Source: Auanema rhodensis
Taxonomy: Eukaryota; Animalia; Nematoda
Reading direction: 5' to 3'
NCBI GenBank assembly: GCA_964057225.1
Contig: OZ059900.1
Location: 17,670,001 to 17,734,000 of the forward strand
Length of the DNA stretch: 64,000 nt
The number at the start of each line of letters is the position of its first letter. Position 1 is the first letter of the stretch. Of the stretch, positions 40,101 through 55,700 are shown piece after piece. Both the position numbers and the translations under genes were made by a program. The notes beneath the pieces were generated by a model. It had not been told where the DNA came from and ran no database searches. It worked only from the letters and a program-made list of their open reading frames with translations.

Positions 40101-43100
40101 TTTGACGACTCATATGAACAAAAATCGATTTAATCAATATTAGCCATAAGGGGCGTGCCCTCAGAATATGCTAATTTCCTTAATTTTCTAACCCCTGTTT
40201 TTTTGTCGTGAAAGTGGAACTAGACGTTGTACGAACAATTTTGAGCTAGGTTTTATTGACATTGCATGAGTTTGAACACATGAAATCGTAAGTCAAAACC
40301 TTGTTTACAGCGAAATTTCCAAAAACTGGTTTTCCAGCATAATAAAATATTTCTCATGGGAAATACTGTGTTTTTGTATTTTTCTAGTGTTCAGCATGTG
40401 AAATGCTTCATTTTAGTATGTAACACGCTGAAATTCGTTGCATTTGACGACTCATATGAACAAAAATCGATTTAATCAATATTAGCCATAAGGGGCGTGC
40501 CCTCAGAATATGCTAATTTCCTTAATTTTCTAACCCCTGTTTTTTTGTCGTGAAAGTGGAACTAGACGTTGTAGGAACAATTTTGAGCTAGGTTTCATTG
40601 ACATTGCATGAGTTTGAACACATGAAATCGTAAGTCAAAACCTTGTTTACAGCGAAATTTCCAAAAACTCGTTTTCCAGCATAATAAAATATTTCTCATG
40701 GGAAATACTGTGTTTTTGTAGTTTTTTAGTGTTCAGCATGTAAAATGCTTCATTTTAGTATGTAACACGCTGAAATTAATTGCATTTGACGACTCATATG
40801 AACAAAAATCGATTTAATCAATATTAGCCATAAGGGGCGTGCCCTCAGAATATGCTAATTTCCTTAATTTTCTAACCCCTGTTTTTTTGTCGTGAAAGTG
40901 GAACTAGACGTTGTACGAACAATTTTGAGCTAGGTTTCATTGACATTGCATGAGTTTGAACACATGAAATCGTAAGTCAAAACCTTGTTTACAGCGAAAT
41001 TTCCAAAAACTGGTTTTCCAGCATAATAAAATATTTCTCATGGGAAATACTGTGTTTTTGTATTTTTCTAGTGTTCAGCATGTGAAATGCTTCATTTTAG
41101 TATGTAACACGCTGAAATTCGTTGCATTTGACGACTCATATGAACAAAAATCGATTTAATCAATATTAGCCATAAGGGGCGTGCCCTCAGAATATGCTAA
41201 TTTCCTTAATTTTCTAACCCCTGTTTTTTTGTCGTGAAAGTGGAACTAGACGTTGTACGAACAATTTTGAGCTAGGTTTCATTGACATTGCATGAGTTTG
41301 AACACATGAAATCGTAAGTCAAAACCTTGTTTACAGCGAAATTTCCAAAAACTGGTTTTCCAGCATAATAAAATATTTCTCATGGGAAATACTGTGTTTT
41401 TGTATTTTTATAGTGTTCAGCATGTAAAATGTTTCATTTTAGTATGTAACACGCTGAAATTCGTTGCATTTGACGACTCATATGAACAAAAATCGATTTA
41501 ATCAATATTAGCCATAAAGGGCGTGCCCTCAGAATATGCTAATTTCCTTAATTTTCTAACCCCTGTTTTTTTGTCGTGAAAGTGGAACTAGACGTTGTAG
41601 GAACAATTTTGAGCTAGGTTTCATTGACATTGCATGAGTTTGAACACATGAAATCGTAAGTCAAAACCTTGTTTACAGCGAAATTTCCAAAAACTCGTTT
41701 TCCAGCATAATAAAATATTTCTCATGGGAAATACTGTGTTTTTGTATTTTTATAGTGTTCAGCATGTAAAATGTTTCATTTTAGTATGTAACACGCTGAA
41801 ATTCGTTGCATTTGACGACTCATATGAACAAAAATCGATTTAATCAATATTAGCCATAAAGGGCGTGCCCTCAGAATATGCTAATTTCCTTAATTTTCTA
41901 ACCCCTGTTTTTTTGTCGTGAAAGTGGAACTAGACGTTGTAGGAACAATTTTGAGCTAGGTTTCATTGACATTGCATGAGTTTGAACACATGAAATCGTA
42001 AGTCAAAACCTTGTTTACAGCGAAATTTCCAAAAACTCGTTTTCCAGCATAATAAAATATTTCTCATGGGAAATACTGTGTTTTTATATTTTTTTAGTGT
42101 TCAGCATGTGAAATGCTTCATTTTAGTATGTAACACGCTGAAATTAATTGCATTTGACGACTCATATGAACAAAAATCGATTTAATCAATATTAGCCATA
42201 AGGGGCGTGCCCTCAGAATATGCTAATTTCCTTAATTTTCTAACCCCTGTTTTTTTGTCGTGAAAGTGGAACTAGACGTTGTACGAACAATTTTGAGCTA
42301 GGTTTCATTGACATTGCATGAGTTTGAACACATGAAATCGTAAGTCAAAACCTTGTTTACAGCGAAATTTCCAAAAACTGGTTTTCCAGCATAATAAAAT
42401 ATTTCTCATTGGAAATACTGTGTTTTTGTATTTTTCTAGTGTTCAGCATGTGAAATGCTTCATTTTAGTATGTAACACGCTGAAATTCGTTGCATTTGAC
42501 GACTCATATGAACAAAAATCGATTTAATCAATATTAGCCATAAGGGGCGTGCCCTCAGAATATGCTAATTTCCTTAATTTTCTAACCCCTGTTTTTTTGT
42601 CGTGAAAGTGGAACTAGACGTTGTACGAACAATTTTGAGCTAGGTTTTATTGACATTGCATGAGTTTGAACACATGAAATCGTAAGTCAAAACCTTGTTT
42701 ACAGCGAAATTTCCAAAAACTGGTTTTCCAGCATAATAAAATATTTCTCATGGGAAATACTGTGTTTTTGTAGTTTTTTAGTGTTCAGCATGTAAAATGC
42801 TTCATTTTAGTATGTAACACGCTGAAATTAATTGCATTTGACGACTCATATGAACAAAAATCGATTTAATCAATATTAGCCATAAGGGGCGTGCCCTCAG
42901 AATATGCTAATTTCCTTAATTTTCTAACCCCTGTTTTTTTGTCGTGAAAGTGGAACTAGACGTTGTACGAACAATTTTGAGCTAGGTTTCATTGACATTG
43001 CATGAGTTTGAACACATGAAATCGTAAGTCAAAACCTTGTTTACAGCGAAATTTCCAAAAACTGGTTTTCCAGCATAATAAAATATTTCTCATGGGAAAT

Positions 43101-46100
43101 ACTGTGTTTTTGTATTTTTCTAGTGTTCAGCATGTGAAATGCTTCATTTTAGTATGTAACACGCTGAAATTCGTTGCATTTGACGACTCATATGAACAAA
43201 AATCGATTTAATCAATATTAGCCATAAGGGGCGTGCCCTCAGAATATGCTAATTTCCTTAATTTTCTAACCCCTGTTTTTTTGTCGTGAAAGTGGAACTA
43301 GACGTTGTACGAACAATTTTGAGCTAGGTTTCATTGACATTGCATGAGTTTGAACACATGAAATCGTAAGTCAAAACCTTGTTTACAGCGAAATTTCCAA
43401 AAACTGGTTTTCCAGCATAATAAAATATTTCTCATGGGAAATACTGTGTTTTTGTATTTTTATAGTGTTCAGCATGTAAAATGTTTCATTTTAGTATGTA
43501 ACACGCTGAAATTCGTTGCATTTGACGACTCATATGAACAAAAATCGATTTAATCAATATTAGCCATAAAGGGCGTGCCCTCAGAATATGCTAATTTCCT
43601 TAATTTTCTAACCCCTGTTTTTTTGTCGTGAAAGTGGAACTAGACGTTGTAGGAACAATTTTGAGCTAGGTTTCATTGACATTGCATGAGTTTGAACACA
43701 TGAAATCGTAAGTCAAAACCTTGTTTACAGCGAAATTTCCAAAAACTCGTTTTCCAGCATAATAAAATATTTCTCATGGGAAATACTGTGTTTTTGTATT
43801 TTTTTAGTGTTCAGCATGTAAAATGCTTCATTTTAGTATGTAACACGCTGAAATTAATTGCATTTGACGACTCATATGAACAAAAATCGATTTAATCAAT
43901 ATTAGCCATAAGGGGCGTGCCCTCAGAATATGCTAATTTCCTTAATTTTCTAACCCCTGTTTTTTTGTCGTGAAAGTGGAACTAGACGTTGTACGAACAA
44001 TTTTGAGCTAGGTTTCATTGACATTGCATGAGTTTGAACACATGAAATCGTAAGTCAAAACCTTGTTTACAGCGAAATTTCCAAAAACTGGTTTTCCAGC
44101 ATAATAAAATATTTCTCATGGGAAATACTGTGTTTTTGTATTTTTCTAGTGTTCAGCATGTGAAATGCTTCATTTTAGTATGTAACACGCTGAAATTCGT
44201 TGCATTTGACGACTCATATGAACAAAAATCGATTTAATCAATATTAGCCATAAGGGGCGTGCCCTCAGAATATGCTAATTTCCTTAATTTTCTAACCCCT
44301 GTTTTGTTGTCGTGAAAGTGGAACTAGACGTTGTAGGAACAATTTTGAGCTAGGTTTCATTGACATTGCATGAGTTTGAACACATGAAATCGTAAGTCAA
44401 AACCTTGTTTACAGCGAAATTTCCAAAAACTGGTTTTCCAGCATAATAAAATATTTCTCATGGGAAATACTGTGTTTTTGTATTTTTCTAGTGTTCAGCA
44501 TGTGAAACGCTTCATTTTAGTATGTAACACGCTGAAATTCGTTGCATTTGACGACTCATATGAACAAAAATCGATTTAATCAATATTAGCCATAAGGGGC
44601 GTGCCCTCAGAATATGCTAATTTCCTTAATTTTCTAACCCCTGTTTTGTTGTCGTGAAAGTGGAACTAGACGTTGTAGGAACAATTTTGAGCTAGGTTTC
44701 ATTGACATTGCATGAGTTTGAACACATGAAATCGTAAGTCAAAACCTTGTTTACAGCGAAATTTCCAAAAACTCGTTTTCCAGCATAATAAAATATTTCT
44801 CATGGGAAATACTGTGTTTTTGTATTTTTTTAGTGTTCAGCATGTAAAATGCTTCATTTTAGTATGTAACACGCTGAAATTAATTGCATTTGACGACTCA
44901 TATGAACAAAAATCGATTTAATCAATATTAGCCATAAGGGGCGTGCCCTCAGAATATGCTAATTTCCTTAATTTTCTAACCCCTGTTTTTTGTCGTGAAA
45001 GTGGAACTAGACGTTGTAGGAACAATTTTGAGCTAGGTTTCATTGACATTGCATGAGTTTGAACACATGAAATCGTAAGTCAAAACCTTGTTTACAGCGA
45101 AATTTCCAAAAACTGGTTTTCCAGCATAATAAAATATTTCTCATGGGAAATACTGTGTTTTTGTATTTTTATAGTGTTCAGCATGTAAAATGCTTCATTT
45201 TAGTATGTAACACGCTGAAATTCGTTGCATTTGACGACTCATATGAACAAAAATCGATTTAATCAATATTAGCCATAAGGGGCGTGCCCTCAGAATATGC
45301 TAATTTCCTTAATTTTCTAACCCCTGTTTTTTTGTCGTGAAAGTGGAACTAGACGTTGTACGAACAATTTTGAGCTAGGTTTTATTGACATTGCATGAGT
45401 TTGAACACATGAAATCGTAAGTCAAAACCTTGTTTACAGCGAAATTTCCAAAAACTGGTTTTCCAGCATAATAAAATATTTCTCATGAGAAATACTGTGT
45501 TTTTGTATTTTTCTAGTGTTCAGCATGTAAAATGCTTCATTTTAGTATGTAACACGCTGAAATTCGTTGCATTTGACGACTCATATGAACAAAAATCGAT
45601 TTAATCAATATTAGCCATAAGGGGCGTGCCCTCAGAATATGCTAATTTCCTTAATTTTCTAACCCCTGTTTTTTTGTCGTGAAAGTGGAACTAGACGTTG
45701 TACGAACAATTTTGAGCTAGGTTTCATTGACATTGCATGAGTTTGAACACATGAAATCGTAAGTCAAAACCTTGTTTACAGCGAAATTTCCAAAAACTGG
45801 TTTTCCAGCATAATAAAATATTTCTCATGGGAAATACTGTGTTTTTGTATTTTTATAGTGTTCAGCATGTAAAATGTTTCATTTTAGTATGTAACACGCT
45901 GAAATTCGTTGCATTTGACGACTCATATGAACAAAAATCGATTTAATCAATATTAGCCATAAAGGGCGTGCCCTCAGAATATGCTAATTTCCTTAATTTT
46001 CTAACCCCTGTTTTTTTGTCGTGAAAGTGGAACTAGACGTTGTAGGAACAATTTTGAGCTAGGTTTCATTGACATTGCATGAGTTTGAACACATGAAATC

Positions 46101-49100
46101 GTAAGTCAAAACCTTGTTTACAGCGAAATTTCCAAAAACTCGTTTTCCAGCATAATAAAATATTTCTCATGGGAAATACTGTGTTTTTGTATTTTTTTAG
46201 TGTTCAGCATGTAAAATGCTTCATTTTAGTATGTAACACGCTGAAATTAATTGCATTTGACGACTCATATGAACAAAAATCGATTTAATCAATATTAGTC
46301 ATAAGGGGCGTGCCCTCAGAATATGCTAATTTCCTTAATTTTCTAACCCCTGTTTTTTTGTCGTGAAAGTGGAACTAGACGTTGTACGAACAATTTTGAG
46401 CTAGGTTTCATTGACATTGCATGAGTTTGAACACATGAAATCGTAAGTCAAAACCTTGTTTACAGCGAAATTTCCAAAAACTGGTTTTCCAGCATAATAA
46501 AATATTTCTCATGGGAAATACTGTGTTTTTGTATTTTTCTAGTGTTCAGCATGTGAAATGCTTCATTTTAGTATGTAACACGCTGAAATTCGTTGCATTT
46601 GACGACTCATATGAACAAAAATCGATTTAATCAATATTAGCCATAAGGGGCGTGCCCTCAGAATATGCTAATTTCCTTAATTTTCTAACCCCTGTTTTTT
46701 TGTCGTGAAAGTGGAACTAGACGTTGTACGAACAATTTTGAGCTAGGTTTTATTGACATTGCATGAGTTTGAACACATGAAATCGTAAGTCAAAACCTTG
46801 TTTACAGCGAAATTTCCAAAAACTGGTTTTCCAGCATAATAAAATATTTCTCATGGGAAATACTGTGTTTTTGTATTTTTCTAGTGTTCAGCATGTGAAA
46901 TGCTTCATTTTAGTATGTAACACGCTGAAATTCGTTGCATTTGACGACTCATATGAACAAAAATCGATTTAATCAATATTAGCCATAAGGGGCGTGCCCT
47001 CAGAATATGCTAATTTCCTTAATTTTCTAACCCCTGTTTTGTTGTCGTGAAAGTGGAACTAGACGTTGTAGGAACAATTTTGAGCTAGGTTTCATTGACA
47101 TTGCATGAGTTTGAACACATGAAATCGTAAGTCAAAACCTTGTTTACAGCGAAATTTCCAAAAACTGGTTTTCCAGCATAATAAAATATTTCTCATGGGA
47201 AATACTGTGTTTTTGTATTTTTCTAGTGTTCAGCATGTGAAATGCTTCATTTTAGTATGTAACACGCTGAAATTCGTTGCATTTGACGACTCATATGAAC
47301 AAAAATCGATTTAATCAATATTAGCCATAAGGGGCGTGCCCTCAGAATATGCTAATTTCCTTAATTTTCTAACCCCTGTTTTGTTGTCGTGAAAGTGGAA
47401 CTAGACGTTGTAGGAACAATTTTGAGCTAGGTTTCATTGACATTGCATGAGTTTGAACACATGAAATCGTAAGTCAAAACCTTGTTTACAGCGAAATTTC
47501 CAAAAACTGGTTTTCCAGCATAATAAAATATTTCTCATGGGAAATACTGTGTTTTTGTATTTTTCTAGTGTTCAGCATGTAAAATGCTTCATTTTAGTAT
47601 GTAACACGCTGAAATTCGTTGCATTTGACGACTCATATGAACAAAAATCGATTTAATCAATATTAGCCATAAGGGGCGTGCCCTCAGAATATGCTAATTT
47701 CCTTAATTTTCTAACCCCTGTTTTTTGTCGTGAAAGTGGAACTAGACGTTGTAGGAACAATTTTGAGCTAGGTTTCATTGACATTGCATGAGTTTGAACA
47801 CATGAAATCGTAAGTCAAAACCTTGTTTACAGCGAAATTTCCAAAAACTGGTTTTCCAGCATAATAAAATATTTCTCATGGGAAATACTGTGTTTTTGTA
47901 TTTTTATAGTGTTCAGCATGTAAAATGCTTCATTTTAGTATGTAACACGCTGAAATTCGTTGCATTTGACGACTCATATGAACAAAAATCGATTTAATCA
48001 ATATTAGCCATAAGGGGCGTGCCCTCAGAATATGCTAATTTCCTTAATTTTCTAACCCCTGTTTTTTTGTCGTGAAAGTGGAACTAGACGTTGTACGAAC
48101 AATTTTGAGCTAGGTTTTATTGACATTGCATGAGTTTGAACACATGAAATCGTAAGTCAAAACCTTGTTTACAGCGAAATTTCCAAAAACTGGTTTTCCA
48201 GCATAATAAAATATTTCTCATGAGAAATACTGTGTTTTTGTATTTTTCTAGTGTTCAGCATGTAAAATGCTTCATTTTAGTATGTAACACGCTGAAATTC
48301 GTTGCATTTGACGACTCATATGAACAAAAATCGATTTAATCAATATTAGCCATAAAGGGAGTGCCCTCAGAATATGCTAATTTCCTTAATTTTCTAACCC
48401 CTGTTTTTTTGTCGTGAAAGTGGAACTAGACGTTGTAGGAACAATTTTGAGCTAGGTTTCATTGACATTGCATGAGTTTGAACACATGAAATCGTAAGTC
48501 AAAACCTTGTTTACAGCGAAATTTCCAAAAACTCGTTTTCCAGCATAATAAAATATTTCTCATGGGAAATACTGTGTTTTTGTATTTTTTTAGTGTTCAG
48601 CATGTAAAATGCTTCATTTTAGTATGTAACACGCTGAAATTAATTGCATTTGACGACTCATATGAACAAAAATCGATTTAATCAATATTAGCCATAAGGG
48701 GCGTGCCCTCAGAATATGCTAATTTCCTTAATTTTCTAACCCCTGTTTTTTTGTCGTGAAAGTGGAACTAGACGTTGTACGAACAATTGTGAGCTAGGTT
48801 TCATTGACATTGCATGAGTTTGAACACATGAAATCGTAAGTCAAAACCTTGTTTACAGCGAAATTTCCAAAAACTGGTTTTCCAGCATAATAAAATATTT
48901 CTCATGGGAAATACTGTGTTTTTGTATTTTTCTAGTGTTCAGCATGTGAAATGCTTCATTTTAGTATGTAACACGCTGAAATTCGTTGCATTTGACGACT
49001 CATATGAACAAAAATCGATTTAATCAATATTAGCCATAAGGGGCGTGCCCTCAGAATATGCTAATTTCCTTAATTTTCTAACCCCTGTTTTTTTGTCGTG

Positions 49101-52100
49101 AAAGTGGAACTAGACGTTGTACGAACAATTTTGAGCTAGGTTTTATTGACATTGCATGAGTTTGAACACATGAAATCGTAAGTCAAAACCTTGTTTACAG
49201 CGAAATTTCCAAAAACTGGTTTTCCAGCATAATAAAATATTTCTCATGGGAAATACTGTGTTTTTGTATTTTTCTAGTGTTCAGCATGTGAAATGCTTCA
49301 TTTTAGTATGTAACACGCTGAAATTCGTTGCATTTGACGACTCATATGAACAAAAATCGATTTAATCAATATTAGCCATAAGGGGCGTGCCCTCAGAATA
49401 TGCTAATTTCCTTAATTTTCTAACCCCTGTTTTGTTGTCGTGAAAGTGGAACTAGACGTTGTAGGAACAATTTTGAGCTAGGTTTCATTGACATTGCATG
49501 AGTTTGAACACATGAAATCGTAAGTCAAAACCTTGTTTACAGCGAAATTTCCAAAAACTGGTTTTCCAGCATAATAAAATATTTCTCATGGGAAATACTG
49601 TGTTTTTGTATTTTTCTAGTGTTCAGCATGTGAAATGCTTCATTTTAGTATGTAACACGCTGAAATTCGTTGCATTTGACGACTCATATGAACAAAAATC
49701 GATTTAATCAATATTAGCCATAAGGGGCGTGCCCTCAGAATATGCTAATTTCCTTAATTTTCTAACCCCTGTTTTGTTGTCGTGAAAGTGGAACTAGACG
49801 TTGTAGGAACAATTTTGAGCTAGGTTTCATTGACATTGCATGAGTTTGAACACATGAAATCGTAAGTCAAAACCTTGTTTACAGCGAAATTTCCAAAAAC
49901 TGGTTTTCCAGCATAATAAAATATTTCTCATGGGAAATACTGTGTTTTTGTATTTTTCTAGTGTTCAGCATGTAAAATGCTTCATTTTAGTATGTAACAC
50001 GCTGAAATTCGTTGCATTTGACGACTCATATGAACAAAAATCGATTTAATCAATATTAGCCATAAGGGGCTTGCCCTCAGAATATGCTAATTTCCTTAAT
50101 TTTCTAACCCCTGTTTTTTGTCGTGAAAGTGGAACTAGACGTTGTAGGAACAATTTTGAGCTAGGTTTCATTGACATTGCATGAGTTTGAACACATGAAA
50201 TCGTAAGTCAAAACCTTGTTTACAGCGAAATTTCCAAAAACTGGTTTTCCAGCATAATAAAATATTTCTCATGGGAAATACTGTGTTTTTGTATTTTTAT
50301 AGTGTTCAGCATGTAAAATGCTTCATTTTAGTATGTAACACGCTGAAATTCGTTGCATTTGACGACTCATATGAACAAAAATCGATTTAATCAATATTAG
50401 CCATAAGGGGCGTGCCCTCAGAATATGCTAATTTCCTTAATTTTCTAACCCCTGTTTTTTTGTCGTGAAAGTGAAACTAGACGTTGTACGAACAATTTTG
50501 AGCTAGGTTTTATTGACATTGCATGAGTTTGAACACATGAAATCGTAAGTCAAAACCTTGTTTACAGCGAAATTTCCAAAAACTGGTTTTCCAGCATAAT
50601 AAAATATTTCTCATGAGAAATACTGTGTTTTTGTATTTTTCTAGTGTTCAGCATGTAAAATGCTTCATTTTAGTATGTAACACGCTGAAATTCGTTGCAT
50701 TTGACGACTCATATGAACAAAAATCGATTTAATCAATATTAGCCATAAGGGGCGTGCCCTCAGAATATGCTAATTTCCTTAATTTTCTAACCCCTGTTTT
50801 TTGTCGTGAAAGTGGAACTAGACGTTGTAGGAACAATTTTGAGCTAGGTTTCATTGACATTGCATGAGTTTGAACACATGAAATCGTAAGTCAAAACCTT
50901 GTTTACAGCGAAATTTCCAAAAACTGGTTTTCCAGCATAATAAAATATTTCTCATGGGAAATACTGTGTTTTTGTATTTTTATAGTGTTCAGCATGTAAA
51001 ATGCTTCATTTTAGTATGTAACACGCTGAAATTCGTTGCATTTGACGACTCATATGAACAAAAATCGATTTAATCAATATTAGCCATAAGGGGCGTGCCC
51101 TCAGAATATGCTAATTTCCTTAATTTTCTAACCCCTGTTTTTTTGTCGTGAAAGTGGAACTAGACGTTGTACGAACAATTTTGAGCTAGGTTTTATTGAC
51201 ATTGCATGAGTTTGAACACATGAAATCGTAAGTCAAAACCTTGTTTACAGCGAAATTTCCAAAAACTGGTTTTCCAGCATAATAAAATATTTCTCATGAG
51301 AAATACTGTGTTTTTGTATTTTTCTAGTGTTCAGCATGTAAAATGCTTCATTTTAGTATGTAACACGCTGAAATTCGTTGCATTTGACGACTCATATGAA
51401 CAAAAATCGATTTAATCAATATTAGCCATAAGGGGCGTGCCCTCAGAATATGCTAATTTCCTTAATTTTCTAACCCCTGTTTTTTTGTCGTGAAAGTGGA
51501 ACTAGACGTTGTACGAACAATTTTGAGCTAGGTTTCATTGACATTGCATGAGTTTGAACACATGAAATCGTAAGTCAAAACCTTGTTTACAGCGAAATTT
51601 CCAAAAACTGGTTTTCCAGCATAATAAAATATTTCTCATGGGAAATACTGTGTTTTTGTATTTTTATAGTGTTCAGCATGTAAAATGTTTCATTTTAGTA
51701 TGTAACACGCTGAAATTCGTTGCATTTGACGACTCATATGAACAAAAATCGATTTAATCAATATTAGCCATAAAGGGCGTGCCCTCAGAATATGCTAATT
51801 TCCTTAATTTTCTAACCCCTGTTTTTTTGTCGTGAAAGTGGAACTAGACGTTGTAGGAACAATTTTGAGCTAGGTTTCATTGACATTGCATGAGTTTGAA
51901 CACATGAAATCGTAAGTCAAAACCTTGTTTACAGCGAAATTTCCAAAAACTCGTTTTCCAGCATAATAAAATATTTCTCATGGGAAATACTGTGTTTTTG
52001 TATTTTTTTAGTGTTCAGCATGTAAAATGCTTCATTTTAGTATGTAACACGCTGAAATTAATTGCATTTGACGACTCATATGAACAAAAATCGATTTAAT

Positions 52101-52799
52101 CAATATTAGCCATAAGGGGCGTGCCCTCAGAATATGCTAATTTCCTTAATTTTCTAACCCCTGTTTTTTTGTCGTGAAAGTGGAACTAGACGTTGTACGA
52201 ACAATTGTGAGCTAGGTTTCATTGACATTGCATGAGTTTGAACACATGAAATCGTAAGTCAAAACCTTGTTTACAGCGAAATTTCCAAAAACTGGTTTTC
52301 CAGCATAATAAAATATTTCTCATGGGAAATACTGTGTTTTTGTATTTTTCTAGTGTTCAGCATGTGAAATGCTTCATTTTAGTATGTAACACGCTGATAT
52401 TCGTTGCATTTGACGACTCATATGAACAAAAATCGATTTAATCAATATTAGCCATAAGGGGCGTGCCCTCAGAATATGCTAATTTCCTTAATTTTCTAAC
52501 CCCTGTTTTTTTGTCGTGAAAGTGGAACTAGACGTTGTACGAACAATTTTGAGCTAGGTTTTATTGACATTGCATGAGTTTGAACACATGAAATCGTAAG
52601 TCAAAACCTTGTTTACAGCGAAATTTCCAAAAACTGGTTTTCCAGCATAATAAAATATTTCTCATGGGAAATACTGTGTTTTTGTATTTTTCTAGTGTTC
52701 AGCATGTGAAATGCTTCATTTTAGTATGTAACACGCTGAAATTCGTTGCATTTGACGACTCATATGAACAAAAATCGATTTAATCAATATTAGCCATAA

Positions 52800-55700
52800 G
52801 GGGCGTGCCCTCAGAATATGCTAATTTCCTTAATTTTCTAACCCCTGTTTTGTTGTCGTGAAAGTGGAACTAGACGTTGTAGGAACAATTTTGAGCTAGG
52901 TTTCATTGACATTGCATGAGTTTGAACACATGAAATCGTAAGTCAAAACCTTGTTTACAGCGAAATTTCCAAAAACTGGTTTTCCAGCATAATAAAATAT
53001 TTCTCATGGGAAATACTGTGTTTTTGTATTTTTATAGTGTTCAGCATGTAAAATGCTTCATTTTAGTATGTAACACGCTGAAATTCGTTGCATTTGACGA
53101 CTCATATGAACAAAAATCGATTTAATCAATATTAGCCATAAGAGGCGTGCCCTCAGAATATGCTAATTTCCTTAATTTTCTAACCCCTGTTTTTTTGTCG
53201 TGAAAGTGGAACTAGACGTTGTAGGAACAATTTTGAGCTAGGTTTCATTGACATTGCATGAGTTTGAACACATGAAATCGTAAGTCAAAACCTTGTTTAC
53301 AGCGAAATTTCCAAAAACTGGTTTTCCAGCATAATAAAATATTTCTCATGGGAAATACTGTGTTTTTGTATTTTTTCAGTGTTCAGCATGTGAAATGCTT
53401 CATTTTAGTATGTAACACGCTGAAATTCGTTGCATTTGACGACTCATATGAACAAAAATCGATTTAATCAATATTAGCCATAAGGGGCGTGCCCTCAGAA
53501 TATGCTAATTTCCTTAATTTTCTAACCCCTGTTTTGTTGTCGTGAAAGTGGAACTAGACGTTGTAGGAACAATTTTGAGCTAGGTTTCATTGACATTGCA
53601 TGAGTTTGAACACATGAAATCGTAAGTCAAAACCTTGTTTACAGCGAAATTTCCAAAAACTGGTTTTCCAGCATAATAAAATATTTCTCATGGGAAATAC
53701 TGTGTTTTTGTATTTTTCTAGTGTTCAGCATGTAAAATGCTTCATTTTAGTATGTAACACGCTGAAATTCGTTTCATTTGACGACTCATATGAACAAAAA
53801 TCGATTTAATCAATATTAGCCATAAGGGGCGTGCCCTCAGAATATGCTAATTTCCTTAATTTTCTAACCCCTGTTTTTTTGTCGTGAAAGTGGAACTAGA
53901 CGTTGTAGGAACAATTTTGAGCTAGGTTTCATTGACATTGCATGAGTTTGAACACATGAAATCGTAAGTCAAAACCTTGTTTACAGCGAAATTTCCAAAA
54001 ACTGGTTTTCCAGCATAATAAAATATTTCTCATGGGAAATACTGTGTTTTTGTATTTTTTTAGTGTTCAGCATGTAAAATGCTTCATTTTAGTATGTAAC
54101 ACGCTGAAATTAATTGCATTTGACGACTCATATGAACAAAAATCGATTTAATCAATATTAGCCATAAGGGGCGTGCCCTCAGAATATGCTAATTTCCTTA
54201 ATTTTCTAACCCCTGTTTTTTTGTCGTGAAAGTGGAACTAGACGTTGTACGAACAATTTTGAGCTAGGTTTCATTGACATTGCATGAGTTTGAACACATG
54301 AAATCGTAAGTCAAAACCTTGTTTACAGCGAACTTTCCAAAAACTGGTTTTCCAGCATAATAAAATATTTCTTATGGGAAATACTGTGTTTTTGTATTTT
54401 TCTAGTGTTCAGCATGTAAAATACTTCATTTTAGTATAAAACACGCTGAAATTCGTTGCATTTGACGACTCATATGAACAAAAATCGATTTAATCAATAT
54501 TAGCCATAAGGGGCGTGCCCTCAGAATATGCTAATTTCCTTAATTTTCTAACCCCTGTTTTGTTGTCGTGAAAGTGGAACTAGACGTTGTAGGAACAATT
54601 TTGAGCTAGGTTTCATTGACATTGCATGAGTTTGAACACATGAAATCGTAAGTCAAAACCTTGTTTACAGCGAAATTTCCAAAAACTGGTTTTCCAGCAT
54701 AATAAAATATTTCTCATGGGAAATACTGTGTTTTTGTATTTTTATAGTGTTCAGCATGTAAAATGCTTCATTTTAGTATGTAACACGCTGAAATTCGTTG
54801 CATTTGACGACTCATATGAACAAAAATCGATTTAATCAATATTAGCCATAAGAGGCGTGCCCTCAGAATATGCTAATTTCCTTAATTTTCTAACCCCTGT
54901 TTTTTTGTCGTGAAAGTGGAACTAGACGTTGTAGGAACAATTTTGAGCTAGGTTTCATTGACATTGCATGAGTTTGAACACATGAAATCGTAAGTCAAAA
55001 CCTTGTTTACAGCGAAATTTCCAAAAACTGGTTTTCCAGCATAATAAAATATTTCTCATGGGAAATACTGTGTTTTTGTATTTTTTCAGTGTTCAGCATG
55101 TGAAATGCTTCATTTTAGTATGTAACACGCTGAAATTCGTTGCATTTGACGACTCATATGAACAAAAATCGATTTAATCAATATTAGCCATAAGGGGCGT
55201 GCCCTCAGAATATGCTAATTTCCTTAATTTTCTAACCCCTGTTTTGTTGTCGTGAAAGTGGAACTAGACGTTGTAGGAACAATTTTGAGCTAGGTTTCAT
55301 TGACATTGCATGAGTTTGAACACATGAAATCGTAAGTCAAAACCTTGTTTACAGCGAAATTTCCAAAAACTGGTTTTCCAGCATAATAAAATATTTCTCA
55401 TGGGAAATACTGTGTTTTTGTATTTTTCTAGTGTTCAGCATGTAAAATGCTTCATTTTAGTATGTAACACGCTGAAATTCGTTGCATTTGACGACTCATA
55501 TGAACAAAAATCGATTTAATCAATATTAGCCATAAGGGGCGTGCCCTCAGAATATGCTAATTTCCTTAATTTTCTAACCCCTGTTTTTTTGTCGTGAAAG
55601 TGGAACTAGACGTTGTAGGAACAATTTTGAGCTAGGTTTCATTGACATTGCATGAGTTTGAACACATGAAATCGTAAGTCAAAACCTTGTTTACAGCGAA

